The notes under the pieces are model-generated. The model was not told the origin of the DNA. It searched no databases and worked only from the letters and a program-made list of their open reading frames with translations. A stretch of 63,731 nucleotides of DNA, counting the filler, from Octopus bimaculoides (taxonomy: Eukaryota), in assembly GCF_001194135.2 (NCBI RefSeq). It is 5 parts of 5 records of this genome, joined end to end, with 100 filler letters (N's around TTAATTAATTAA, not from the genome) between each part and the next. Parts side by side here need not be neighbours in the genome. Positions count along the whole stretch, not along the records: positions 1 to 12,580 come from NC_068983.1; positions 12,681 to 33,335 come from NC_068998.1; 3 more parts are not named here. One strand, 5' to 3'. Made by a program: the position numbers and the translations under genes. Numbering within the stretch: position 1 is the first letter of the stretch; every line of letters begins with the position of its first letter. This document shows positions 12,356 through 23,065 of this stretch, piece by piece.

Positions 12356-12580
12356 AGAAGTTTCAGGTGTGGAAGCAAGGTCTAGAATTGAAGGGCCTTA
12401 GAGTCAACCTAGCTAAAACCAAAATCCTAATAAGTAGGAAGGTAGATAAAACACAAACCCCTTCAGGTAGATGGCCCTGCTCAGTATGTAGAAAAGGAGT
12501 AGGTAGTAACTCTATAAGATGTACCCGGTGCAAGCTATGGACACATAAGAGGTGCAGCAACATCAAAGGCAGGTTAACTA
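12354..12580 (+). mobile_element. 5'-truncated RTE-type LINE fragment (end of RT plus Cys-rich finger)
   Basis: WKQGLELKGLRVNLAKTK...WPCSVCRKGVGSNSIRCTRCKLWTHKRCSNIKGRL, typical of the RT C-terminus and zinc finger in mollusc RTE-like elements. Begins right after a (TA)n tract and ends at a linker. Confidence 0.75.
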
Positions 12581-12680
12581 NNNNNNNNNNNNNNNNNNNN
12601 NNNNNNNNNNNNNNNNNNNNNNNNTTAATTAATTAANNNNNNNNNNNNNNNNNNNNNNNNNNNNNNNNNNNNNNNNNNNN
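12581..12680. other. Artificial scaffold linker N44-TTAATTAATTAA-N44
   Basis: Exactly 44 N, a 12-mer with stops in all six frames, then 44 N. Identical structure at 33336, 52053 and 60226. Confidence 0.95.
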
Positions 12681-12810
12681 GATCTTTGGCCAAAATTACT
12701 GGTCTTGGGCCAAAATTGCTGGTCTTGGGCCAAAATTGCTGGTCTTGGGCCAAAATTGCTGGTCTTGGGCCAAAATTGCTGGTCTTGGGCCAAAATTGCT
12801 GGTTTGGGTC
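12681..12810. repeat. 20-bp minisatellite (GGTCTTGGGCCAAAATTGCT), six units plus a partial
   Basis: Five exact units at 12701-12800, a variant at 12681-12700 and a partial at 12801-12810; starts at the contig edge. Confidence 0.95.
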
Positions 12811-14454
12811 AGGTAATGAAACAGTATTGTAAGTGTTTTGGCCCCTTCCAAAGCTAGATACTATCTTCCTACGATACTAGATCTTATCAAAAATATTTAC
12901 AATCCTATCTGTTGGAAGAATTGTCCTCTTTGCAATATCAGATATACATCAGAACCAGAATGCATCCACAGTTGTCAAAATATGGAAGATTGGTGGCATA
13001 TTCCAATAAAAACAACAGAATGGTGGAAACAAAAGAGTTAATATTTTTAAAATGCTCTGAATTCATTTGAATGCAACATTTTGACTTTTATATGATTAAA
13101 AAGTCAAGATGTGGTAAATATTCCAACAATATTCAAGACATTCTAAATAAAGATCTGTCAGAAATTCCAAACATATTCATGTTTCATCTAAGACTAAAAA
13201 TATTCATGCAACTAGCAATTTGGCATATCACAAACTTCTTTCTAATAATATAATGAAAATCCATAAAAAAATTTCTTACACATATAATTTAATTAACTTA
13301 GAAGCACAGTAATAGCAACTAATCTCAATATATTAAGAGATTGGAAAAAAAAATGCTATTTTTGTGTAAAAATAGCATTTTTCCAATCTGTTACTATTTG
13401 TGTAATTTTTCGTATAAAAAAACCCCCCGAAAATGCAGTATTTTAATGCTGCTAATGTTGCACATAAAATTCCAATTCATTTCTTCATGCCATCATCAGA
13501 GTAAATTATTACAAAAGTTTATTTACCTTTGGGTAAGAAAAATCCTATTTTGCAAACAGTATGTGGTCTAATTTCTGATTTACATATCATTTTTATGACA
13601 TTCTTTCATCATTATAAGGTGGTGAGCTGACAAAATCATTAGCACAGCAGGCAAAACATTGAGCAACATTTCATCTGGCGCTTTACGTTCTGTGTTCAAA
13701 TTTTGCCTTAGTTGACTTTATTTTTCATACTTTCATGGCCAATAAAATAAAAACCAGTCAAGTATTGAGGTCAATGTGTCCAACTTGGACCAAAATTAGA
13801 ACAAATTCTCCTCACTCTATCTTACAATCCAATTTAAGCACGCTCCGTAAGGAACTTACACGACAATCATTAAAATTTATTTCATCCAGTCTTGTATATC
13901 AATCAGTATTTTTTAAATATTTAATCGGTTTTTTTTTTTTTGAAAGGATATATTTTGCTTCCTATGAGAGCTTAGACCATCGATTACTTTTCTATACTGC
14001 CTCGACTTTAGGCTGTCTTTTCTGTTTCTCACCAGTAGGATTCTAGCTTATGTCTCCCTGAGGGAAAGCTTCCTCTCACAGGTCTTGTTGAGGACATTTG
14101 AATTGAAGTCACGATGTATAATGATAACACTTGATATGCACGTGTGTCCTCTGGCATACGATATGTATTCAAATTTTATAATTATAAGTCTCCAGCAGTG
14201 TCTACTGATGATCCACAGATAATTAATTTATTTAATTATTAATGGTAAAACTTCGGGGTAGAGAAATAACTAGTCTTTTCAATTTTCTCAAATTGTCTTG
14301 TTTGCCTACATCCAACATGCTATAAATAAGAATGTATTTTTCGTGGTTTGGAGTTTTGGTATCTCTTTTCAGCATGCAAGGAGACCACTTAGTGGTTATC
14401 CTCTTTGTGTATAATTTATAAACACGTGTGTATTTTATATATATATATATATAT

Positions 14455-14620
14455 ACACACACGAGGGGCTTCTTTCAGTTTCCGTCGACCAAATCCACTC
14501 ACAAGGCTTTGGCCCGCCCGAGGTTATAGTAGTAGATATCTGCCCAAGGTGCCACACAGTGGGTCTGAACCCGGAACCATGTAGTTGGGAAGCAAGCTTC
14601 TTACCACAATCCTGCGTCTA
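14455..14620 (-). mobile_element. SINE family A, 5' half
   Basis: Homologous head and central region. Confidence 0.75.
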
Positions 14621-14840
14621 CTGTGTAACAAAATTATCATTATCATTTTCTTCTTTTTTTTTTTGTTTTTGTCTTTGGTCAGTAAGTGTTACTTCCTGTT
14701 TGCTTCTATCTAGAAATCAAAGGAAATGACTACTATTCCCTTCAAACTTTGCTTTTGTGACTAGGGCATCAATGTTTTGAAACTGACCTATTTCCCATTA
14801 CATTTCAGACAGATTCAGCGTTGATTTGCTGAAACAAAAT

Positions 14841-14880
14841 TTTCTAGAACTTTCGAGAAGTTTCTAGAACGTTCTCGCAA
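14841..14880. promoter_or_regulatory. Heat shock element (HSF-binding array)
   Basis: tTTCt aGAAc tTTCg aGAAg tTTCt aGAAc gTTCt cGCAa: seven perfect contiguous inverted nGAAn pentamers plus one with a single mismatch. Confidence 0.8.
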
Positions 14881-14892
14881 TATAGAAGGCAG

Positions 14893-14926
14893 TATATACA
14901 GGGATCGTAAGCTCAATAGTTCAGTT
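14893..14926 (+). promoter_or_regulatory. TATA box and initiator
   Basis: TATATA at 14893-14898 and TCAGTT at 14921-14926. The Inr A (14923) is exactly 30 nt from the first T of the TATA box. Confidence 0.6.
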
Positions 14927-14984
14927 CGCTTTGAGCTGTCCAAGTGGAGACAAGTCATCATTGATAGCTGCAAGCGTCACATAT

Positions 14985-15246
14985 GGCGTCATTTGGTTGT
15001 AAGCATCCAGCAGACACATTTTGCTGCCTGTGGCAGATTTATCAAGACAAGAGCAAAAAAATACTCTCTGGTAATATCTGCTAAAACGTGTGAGACCTAC
15101 AAGGCATATATCCTAGGCGTCAGTTGGTTGTAAGCATCCAGCAGACGCATTTTGCTGCCTGTGGCAGATTTATCAAGACAAGTACAAAAATGTACTCTCT
15201 GATAATATCTGCTGAAACGTGTGAGGCCTACAAGGCATATATCCTA
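14985..15246. repeat. 131-bp tandem repeat, two copies
   Basis: Units 14985-15115 and 15116-15246 both begin GGCGTCA(T/G)TTGGTTGTAAGCATCCAGCAGAC and end GGCATATATCCTA. Confidence 0.95.
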
Positions 15247-16059
15247 ACAAAAGCAATGTTTTAAGGAAATATTAGCCATTTTTCATGCTTTCTAAGGGTA
15301 AGCAAATAGAAAATACCAGCTGTTACCCAAGGACAAAAATCGTGTTACAGTGTTATAAAAAAAGACATGCAAATAAAACTAAATTGTCAAAATAAAAAAC
15401 GTAAGAAATAAAAAGAAAAAATACCCATATAACTTTCCCATAGCATTATAAAAGTTGGCAATTTTCTTAAGTTGATAGCTTTGCACATCGTGAAGGCAGG
15501 ATATCTTAATTCAAGTAATGATTAACATTTCTGAAAATCGTTTGATGAAGAATAAGATTTATTAGATAGAATCAGAGATATTTTACAGCAGATAAAGAAA
15601 GCATAAGAGTAAAACACAAAGCAACGTGCGCACACGCACACACATAAGCGCGCACACGCACACACATAAGCGTGCACACGCACACACATAATCACACACA
15701 CACAAATTTGAATAGAAATAAGAATGCTGAAATAAAATTTCTTTTAAACTGTTCGCTAAAGTCCTATGAAACTTAATTAGTAGTTAGAAGGAATAAAATG
15801 TTCTAATTAAAAACAAAAAGGAAAAAAAACAACTTTTTTTTACGTTCTTAACAAGTCATTAGTGCTTGAGTTGCGTTCAACAACGAAAAGTTTATGCAGT
15901 TACTGTTAATTGTTGCTTTCATTTGATAATTAATTAAACACTGTCAAATCTGGCTTGAATTTAAATGAAAAACATATAAATATATTTGATGAACTTCTGT
16001 GCGCGTGCGCGTGTGCGTGTATATGTGCGCGTGCCTGCGTGTATGTATGTATGTATGTA

Positions 16060-16700
16060 TGTGAGTTCCTCCGCCCTTTGATGAGTCTTAATTTTCATCC
16101 CGCAGGGTGTCCAACAATCACCCTCCTCACCAGGCAAGCCTAGTGGAGGTGCCAGTTTAGTCACTGATGACCCGATCATGCAACAGGTTGCACTGGATCA
16201 CATGTTACCAGCAGCACCCAAGAGCGACCTGGCAAGGCACTTCTCTCTCAAACCTTGAACCCCAGCTCAAACAAAACTTACAGAAAGCTGAAAGGGAAAG
16301 TGCAGACTGTTGTAAGAAATATTAAACAGGAATGGTGAAACGATAGAGCAAAAGGGGCGCAAGAAGCAACTAATAGAAATGACACCAAGGGTTTGTTAAG
16401 GAGGGATATGGCCCAAAATCTTCTTCAATAGCTCCAGTGAGACCAGCAAATGGACATTTGCTTCTGCCTGACACCACTTCTATTCATAAGCGCTGGGTAG
16501 AACATTTTTCTTCACTTTTGCATAGACTATCATCTGCTGACATGAGGATGATAGAAAAAATCGAACATCTTCCAGTTATTGAGGAGATAGCATTTGAACC
16601 AAATCTAAATGACATTTATTTAGCTGTAAACAAGCTGAATAGCAATAAGTTTCCAGGGTCTGTTGTAATCTGTGCAGAGGTCTTGAAAACATCCCAACAG
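16060..16700 (+). mobile_element. RTE/BovB-type LINE remnant, internally deleted
   Basis: HKRWVEHFSSLLHRLSS...EPNLNDIYLAVNKLNSNKFPG...AEVLK matches the endonuclease-RT linker of RTE elements; preceded by a GC-richer 5'-UTR-like segment. Confidence 0.7.
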
Positions 16701-16739
16701 CACTGCACAAATGATGTTGGCATCGACTTTAAAAATTCA

Positions 16740-17000
16740 TCGTAACTCTCTCCTTATGCTATCCGTCCTCTACAAAATTCATGCTCGCATCACATTAAGA
16801 CAGAACTGTTTCACCTCAGCTGACCGTGCTCTCTTTAACATCATGCCACGACACATTAGAGATGAAGAAGTGCTCATAACATTCACACAGGTCCTGGACA
16901 AATATCTCCAATAAATTCACGATAAACCACCAACACCTGGATATATCTCTGCAAATAATAACTCTTTACTCGAATGGGCTATGATGCCCAAAGAATGACT
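16740..17000 (+). mobile_element. CR1/L2-like LINE 3' end
   Basis: TLRQNCFTSADRALFNIMPRHIRD...LDKYLQ*IHDKPPTPGY...NNSLLEW resembles the ORF2 C-terminus of invertebrate CR1-like LINEs. Confidence 0.6.
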
Positions 17001-17476
17001 GTAATATGAATCATCATTAAATGTCTTTTCCAGGTGGTGCTACTTGGACATAGTCAGGGCCAATTCTGTCCGGAACGTATTTAAGTATATTACAACGTGA
17101 ACATTAACGTTCTTGGTTACAGATTTCGAAATGACCAACAACTGGCCCATGACATTTCTTATAGAAGAGAAATTAATGTAGGATGTCTTCACCGTTCGCT
17201 GCACAAAAATACTACATAGGATGTTTTTATTCATAAGTATTAGTTATTGTTCTGTATTATTGCCAATGTTTAATCATGCGTAAACAAAATAGAATTTATA
17301 GTCAACGGAAGAATGCTGCTACCACTCTGAAAATTTTCCTACTTTACTTTCCTTTGACCTTTCACATTATTTATGTTTCTGACTGTATCTCATTGTAAGT
17401 TTGATTTCTGTACGATATATATATACATACACACACTTGTACATATATTGAATACACTCATATACATATATACACA

Positions 17477-17790
17477 TCATCATCATCATCATCATCGTTT
17501 AACGTCCGCTTTCCATGCTAGCATGGGTTGGACGATTTGACTGAGGACTGGTGAAACCAGATGGCTACACCAGGCACCAATCCGATTTGGCAGAGTTTCT
17601 ACAGCTGGATGCCCTTTCTAANNNNNNNNNNCGATTTGGCAGAGTTTCTACAGCTGGATGCCCTTTCTAACGCCAACCACTCAGAGAGTGTAGTGGGTGC
17701 TTTTTACGTGTCACCCGCACGAAGGCCAGTCAGGCGGTACTGGCAATGGCCACGCTCAAAATGGTGCATTTTATGTGCCACCTGCACCAT
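17477..17790 (-). mobile_element. Family D element
   Basis: (CAT)n-CGTTTAACGTCCGCTTTCCATGC...; interrupted by a short gap with duplicated flanks. Confidence 0.8.
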
Positions 17791-18299
17791 ATGTACATAT
17801 ATTTATATATTGACTATATCTAAGTATCTATCTCTTTGTCTGTCTGTCTCTATATTTATGTACACGCGCTTACCATAATATTCGAGGTGAAACTGGAGTA
17901 AATGTGAGTTGAAACCGGTAGACGTAGAAATATCACACAAGGTCTGAAGAGAGTATATTAAGTAAAAGTGAGTTTCCTTCTTCCATCAGACTGTGGGTTT
18001 GGGGGATTCTTTACTGCAAATATATTAGAATAATTGCATGCTTTCTTTTAATAGGAAGTTTGTTCCTAGGAAGTGTTGAAGTGATACATTGTGAGTTGGT
18101 AAGATGCACACTTTATCTTTCATTTAGAAGATTAAGAGTTTGACTGAAAGGCGGAGAACAGAAACAAAAGTTATATAAAGCTGTCTCTATTTGACAGCAC
18201 ATGCATGTAAAATGTTTTCAAGTGTAACAGTAGGATTTAAATAGAAATTAAATTAAAAACATGTCTTTATTGTCAAGTAATATTTCATTCATTCATCAG

Positions 18300-20000
18300 T
18301 ACTTTCATATTTTTCACTTGAAACTACTTTTCTAAGGAATTCATTGTCATTTTTAATTTTATCAAAAAGATTCAGATTAGCTTAGTAAAATGTTTATTTT
18401 AGTTATCAGAAATCTTCTGGCTAGCTCTTGCCATGCTGCTACTTTCATCTGATCGCACATTATTTGCTACAGAAAATATTCATTCAACTGGTGCAGAAGT
18501 ACCAAGAAGACAAAAATGCTCTTTATTAAAGAGCTAAGATTTTTAACTAGTATACATTTTTTCTTTGAAATACCACCAAAAAAATTAAAATGTTACTTAT
18601 TTTCATACTTAAAGTTCTGTATTGTGCAGCCTTCACCCTTAGAAACCTAAAAGCTCAGTGCAATAACAATTCTATGAAATAATTTATCAAAATTTATTAC
18701 TTGCTTTCTAATCCTTTGGTAAATTCACCTTAAATGCAGACTACTCCACATTCGGCCAAGATATATTACCAGAATTTAATCACTCAAATTATTCTACCTA
18801 TTCAAAGTTCTAAGTACGAGAGACATCTCTCATGAAACTTTAAATTCTCGCTTCGTTTTTTTTTTTCATTATTATCACTGTTTTCTTCAATACACAGTTT
18901 TTTTGGGTTTTTTTTTTTGCTTTTTCTTTTTTCTATATTTGTAATCAGATTTTCCATTTCTTTGATATGTGTGCATTAAAATTGTCCTTCTATATAGCCA
19001 GAAACGATCTGTTGAAATGACTAAGCTGTCTCTGCATAAACCATAAATACATTTCTCCAAAATCTCTTTCAAAGAATTGATTTATAAGTTACGGATAGCA
19101 TTCTTTGCAGCATTGACAAAATTTTGTATTACCATGCTGTAATAACTTCTTTTATATTTCAGTCCGGCGAAGTCATTAAATTCTTTTAGCTGTGTTACAC
19201 GAACTGTCTCGATGTAAAAATGTTTAAAAATTTTTTACAATAAGTGCTTCGATATCAGTTGGTAATACATGAACTGCTGTTTGGAGATAGCTGCGCACAA
19301 GATGTGCAGCACAACTAATGCCAACAAGGTCACTTGCAAATTTCGTTTTTAATCGTTTCTAATTAGATAAACAGATTGTTTTTGTTTTTTTTGTTCTACA
19401 TCACCAAAATTTGTGTTGCAGTTGTTCTGTCAACCTGTGATTGACAATAACTGACTCTAAGGCATGAGTCAAAATCTCAGCCATCTAAACTGGAAGTTTG
19501 CATAACCCAAAATTTGACTTGTAGTCTACTGACCAGGAAAGTAATATCAAACGTTGAAAAGTATCATTTCAACATCTTTTCGATTCAAAGGATCCATAAA
19601 AATTGTCACAAATTTACCAAGCTGAGCTATTGGTAAAATTACATTTAAAATGTTGGCCGCATATTTTGTCCATTCTAGACGAAACTTTGGTTCAAAAAGT
19701 TTTGAGACCAACTTTCATGAACGGTCAGATATCTTGAAACTCAATTTTGGTAAAAGTGTATGGAAATCAAAAGTGGTTTCTTTAGCGACAATGACAAGCT
19801 CCAATAATCCTTATTTCTGGTTTTATAAAATATATCCTGTCGTGACCAACTAGCAACAAAATTGCTTTGTGCCATTAAGATTTCAAATGACCTTTAATAT
19901 CTGACCTATCTCCATGCACCACAGAGACATCTGCATAACTGTGATCACATTTTACTCTGTTTTCTTTTTTTGGAAAATGGTAACCCTTGCTTTTCGGCAT
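18300..20000 (-). pseudogene. Near full-length decayed hAT transposase
   Basis: Read piecewise across frames: ATG at 20000 (MPKSK), BED-finger remnant VKC..HGDRSDIKGHLKS*WHK, KLFEPKF...TK, NNCNTNFG, GISCAAHLV...TAVHVLPTDIEALIVK, TVRVTQLKEF, and C-terminal GTSAPVE*IFS. Many stops and frameshifts. Confidence 0.75.
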
Positions 20001-20120
20001 TGTAAAAGTAAATCAAGAATTTTTAAGAGAAATATGTACGAAATATAAAAGAAAAGGGCAATATTAACTATAGATAATAACTAGTTTATTCTCGAACGCG
20101 CCAACACCAACAGAAATTTA

Positions 20121-20950
20121 GGATCTAGTTCAAAACGGGGGCGCCAGTATTTTCTTAATGAAACACTTTGAAATTTGGGACACTGGTAGAATGTGTCATA
20201 TAAAACATCTTTTTCTCTTAGTCTTCTTAAGAAAAATTATTATATTGCAACTTATTTCATGTTAAAGTTGTTGTATTTCTGTAATTTCAACCAATGACTG
20301 ACGTCCATTCAGCCGAATACAGTAAGTGCTGACTACATAAACAAACGATTCTCAAACGATTCTGGCGGTGATAAAATTATTATTTCCTTGTCAAAAAATG
20401 GCTGAAGCATATTGGCAGTAGCTAATAAACCTTTCTATTATAGGCACAAGGCCTGGTTTTNNNNNNNNNNNNNNNNNNNNNNNNNNNNNNNNNNNNNNNN
20501 NNNNNNNNNNNNNNNNNNNNNNNNNNNNNNNNNNNNNNNNNNNNNNNNNNNNNNNNNNNNNNNNNNNNNNNNNNNNNNNNNNNNNNNNNNNNNNNNNNNN
20601 NNNNNNNNNNNNNNNNAGATGTTAACGAAATTATATTAAAAATAAAACGAAGGAAAACGAACACACGCGTGTTGCCTCTCTGCAAAATGTCAGAAGTAAT
20701 GGAGATTAAATACGCTTTACACCGCTTAAACTGCCAAAGGAGTAACTGTAAACAGCTGAATACTTGTCAGTGATTGGTTGAAATTATCGAAATAAGACAA
20801 TTTTTTACATGAAATAACTTCGAATACAAAAAATTTTTTCTGTTCTATAACACAAAATAGATAAGTATACGAAGTTTGAAAGTCTTTCGGTACCAAAAAC
20901 ACTACATAAAACATAAATGAAAACTGGTGCCCCCGTTTTGAACTAGATCC
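20121..20950. mobile_element. Non-autonomous TIR transposon (MITE) with 8-bp TSD, possibly Merlin-like
   Basis: TIRs GGATCTAGTTCAAAACGGGG... and ...CCCCGTTTTGAACTAGATCC. Perfect TSD GAAATTTA at 20113-20120 and 20951-20958. Contains a gap and a family C SINE tail. Confidence 0.85.
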
Positions 20951-21140
20951 GAAATTTACTCACACATACATACATACATACATACAAAGACACACACTAG
21001 ACCTAATCTGCAAGATCATTCCACTGTTAGCAAAAGTTCACTCCGGATATGTTACATACGCACTGCTCGCCTCCCAGACGTAGTCAGTTGTCATTTTAAC
21101 AATGTTGTTCTTATAGCATCATGAATATTTTGGGAGTAAT

Positions 21141-21438
21141 TTTTTAGGGAGAATCGCATGACCGTGATATGTAGAACACATTATCGAAAGCGAAAATCGC
21201 CAAAATAAAAAAATAAAAAAGTTACAGCCATTTTTCCCTCAGTGTCTAATCCCAATGTCCACCAAAAAAAGACCCCACCCCCGGGGTGTTGGGGGAGGGG
21301 TCGGGGTCTAAAATTTTTTTAGAGAGAATCGCATGACCGTGATATGTAGAACGCATTATCGAAAGCGAAAATCGCCAAAATTAAAAAATAAAAAAAGTTA
21401 CAGCCATTTTCCCTCAGTGTCTAATCCCAATGTCGACC
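21141..21438. repeat. ~123-bp direct repeat pair separated by a GC-rich hairpin
   Basis: Units ~21141-21263 and ~21316-21438 (GAGAATCGCATGACCGTGATATGTAGAAC...CCCAATGTC); spacer AGACCCC...GGGGTCT. Confidence 0.9.
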
Positions 21439-21629
21439 AATATCCGAAGTATCATACATGTAATTTCTATCAAATGTTACTATAGTCTCAGTGTTGCTGC
21501 GAGATTTGCTATTTCAGTCAAAGAACAAGAGTTTAAATGACAAAAACAGTCATATTTGGAAGTAGGCTGGTCCCTGGCACATACTACAGGGGCTCACTAG
21601 ACTCCCTATTGAGCTCTACAGCAGTAAAA

Positions 21630-21915
21630 ACTTTAACAGCAAATCAAAGAATTGGCAAGCAAGCTTAATTCAAGCCATTCAATTGTTCACCGTCATCTTC
21701 CACAGCTTGGAAAGGTGCCCAAACTTGGAAAATGTGTTCCCTGTGATTTGACAGAAGCCAATCGAAAATCATGGCTGGACATCTGTTCATCTCTTTACTC
21801 CCGTGAACAAATATCACCATTTTTGAACAATGGATTTTTAAATGAAAATGTTAAGCAACGCAGGCAATGGCTTAGTTGAGGTGTACCGGCAAAACCACAA
21901 CCCCAAAAAGACCTA
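21630..21915 (+). pseudogene. Mariner transposase fragment
   Basis: ASKLNSSHSIVHRHL..LGKVPKLGKCVPCDLTEANRKSWLDICSSL..PFL...NVKQRRQWLS: a degenerate WVPHEL motif region. Confidence 0.8.
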
Positions 21916-23065
21916 TACAATAGTTGAATTCGAATGAAACAGCTCTGTGAGATTAATCTTATGGTGAAAACCCCGTCAAAAAATATTAGCTACAAAAAAT
22001 GTAGTGTGGTCTTAAGTGACAAAATGGTGATTATGTTAACAAATTAAAACATTTTTATCATGTTAAGATATTTAACATTATAAAAGATACATAACGCAGA
22101 ATTCAAAGACTTACGTGTTCACTGGGGAAATAGATTTGGGCTACGAAACTTCATACTACAGTTGGAATTTTCTGGAGCACAACGCTTCTGTAATTCGGAC
22201 TGTCTAGGATTAAGAACTCCTCGGTTGAAATATTGGTCACGCTAGCATCGACGTACTGAAGACAAAACGATGGGGTGGGGCGTTTATAGGTACAACGTTT
22301 TTGATCACTGGTCTGTTCAATTAAGGTTCGAATCTAATGAATTACAATAAAAACACAAACGTTTCGGAGGTTAGATTAAATAATAACAATCTTTGGAACC
22401 TACAGCGTTGATCTCGAAAGACAAATGAAGGAAGCCTCAACAGGTTGAAGATAGCAGATAAATCTCTATCACATTATGCCCTATCGTTAAATAAAAATGG
22501 ACGGACACATCTATTAATGTAGTTTGGTATTTCTGTACGTACAAAAAACAAAACAAAACAAAATACGACCGGATGTCAACGTCTTTGATCTGAAGCTTGT
22601 CTGATCGATCAGAGTGTGGGAGTGAGACTGATCCAGTGTTAAATTACCACCGTCACTACTACTACCTCGATATTTTCATTCTACGATGACAAATACACTT
22701 TTAGCCATCATCAATTATAGTATTAATCTCCTTCAACGCAGGCATGAAGCAGACTTTTTCACTAATCACGTGTAGAATAGAATCGTTCCCTTTATTTTTC
22801 TTTTAATCCCTCCCGGATCGAGTTTGTTTCATTCATAAAATCATCCCCCACCCGCTTTAATTTTGCTCAGATTGCTTTCAAATTTGGTGTATCAATAAAT
22901 TTCTGAAAAATTTATATTTATCAATTAGAATTTTATTGTAGATATTTTTCGTCAATTGTCTTAGTATTTTTCATATATATTTTACATAATTTCGTGAAGT
23001 TTTTCTGTGGTTTTCTGTTTTTACTGTTGCTTAGAATGGCTGCATCCACATTCAAGCCATTTAAT

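Larger units (their letters stand above)
14624..15349 (+). mobile_element. Candidate solo LTR carrying a heat-shock promoter
   Basis: Inverted termini TGTAACA (14624-14630) and TGTTACA (15343-15349), 726 bp apart, with an internal TATA/Inr. No TSD recognisable; a SINE abuts the left end. Confidence 0.4.

Noticed and set aside
12625-12636. TTAATTAATTAA palindromic motif recurring four times (also 33380, 52097, 60270)
   Set aside because: Always centred in exactly 44+44 Ns and encodes stops in all six frames: an assembly linker, not biology.
12681-15246. CRISPR-like or other prokaryotic arrays
   Set aside because: The repeats have no unique spacers; nothing in the window suggests bacterial or viral origin.
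17582-17670. ~39-bp direct repeat around a short N gap
   Set aside because: Identical sequence on both sides of a minimal gap inside a repeat: an unmerged contig overlap.
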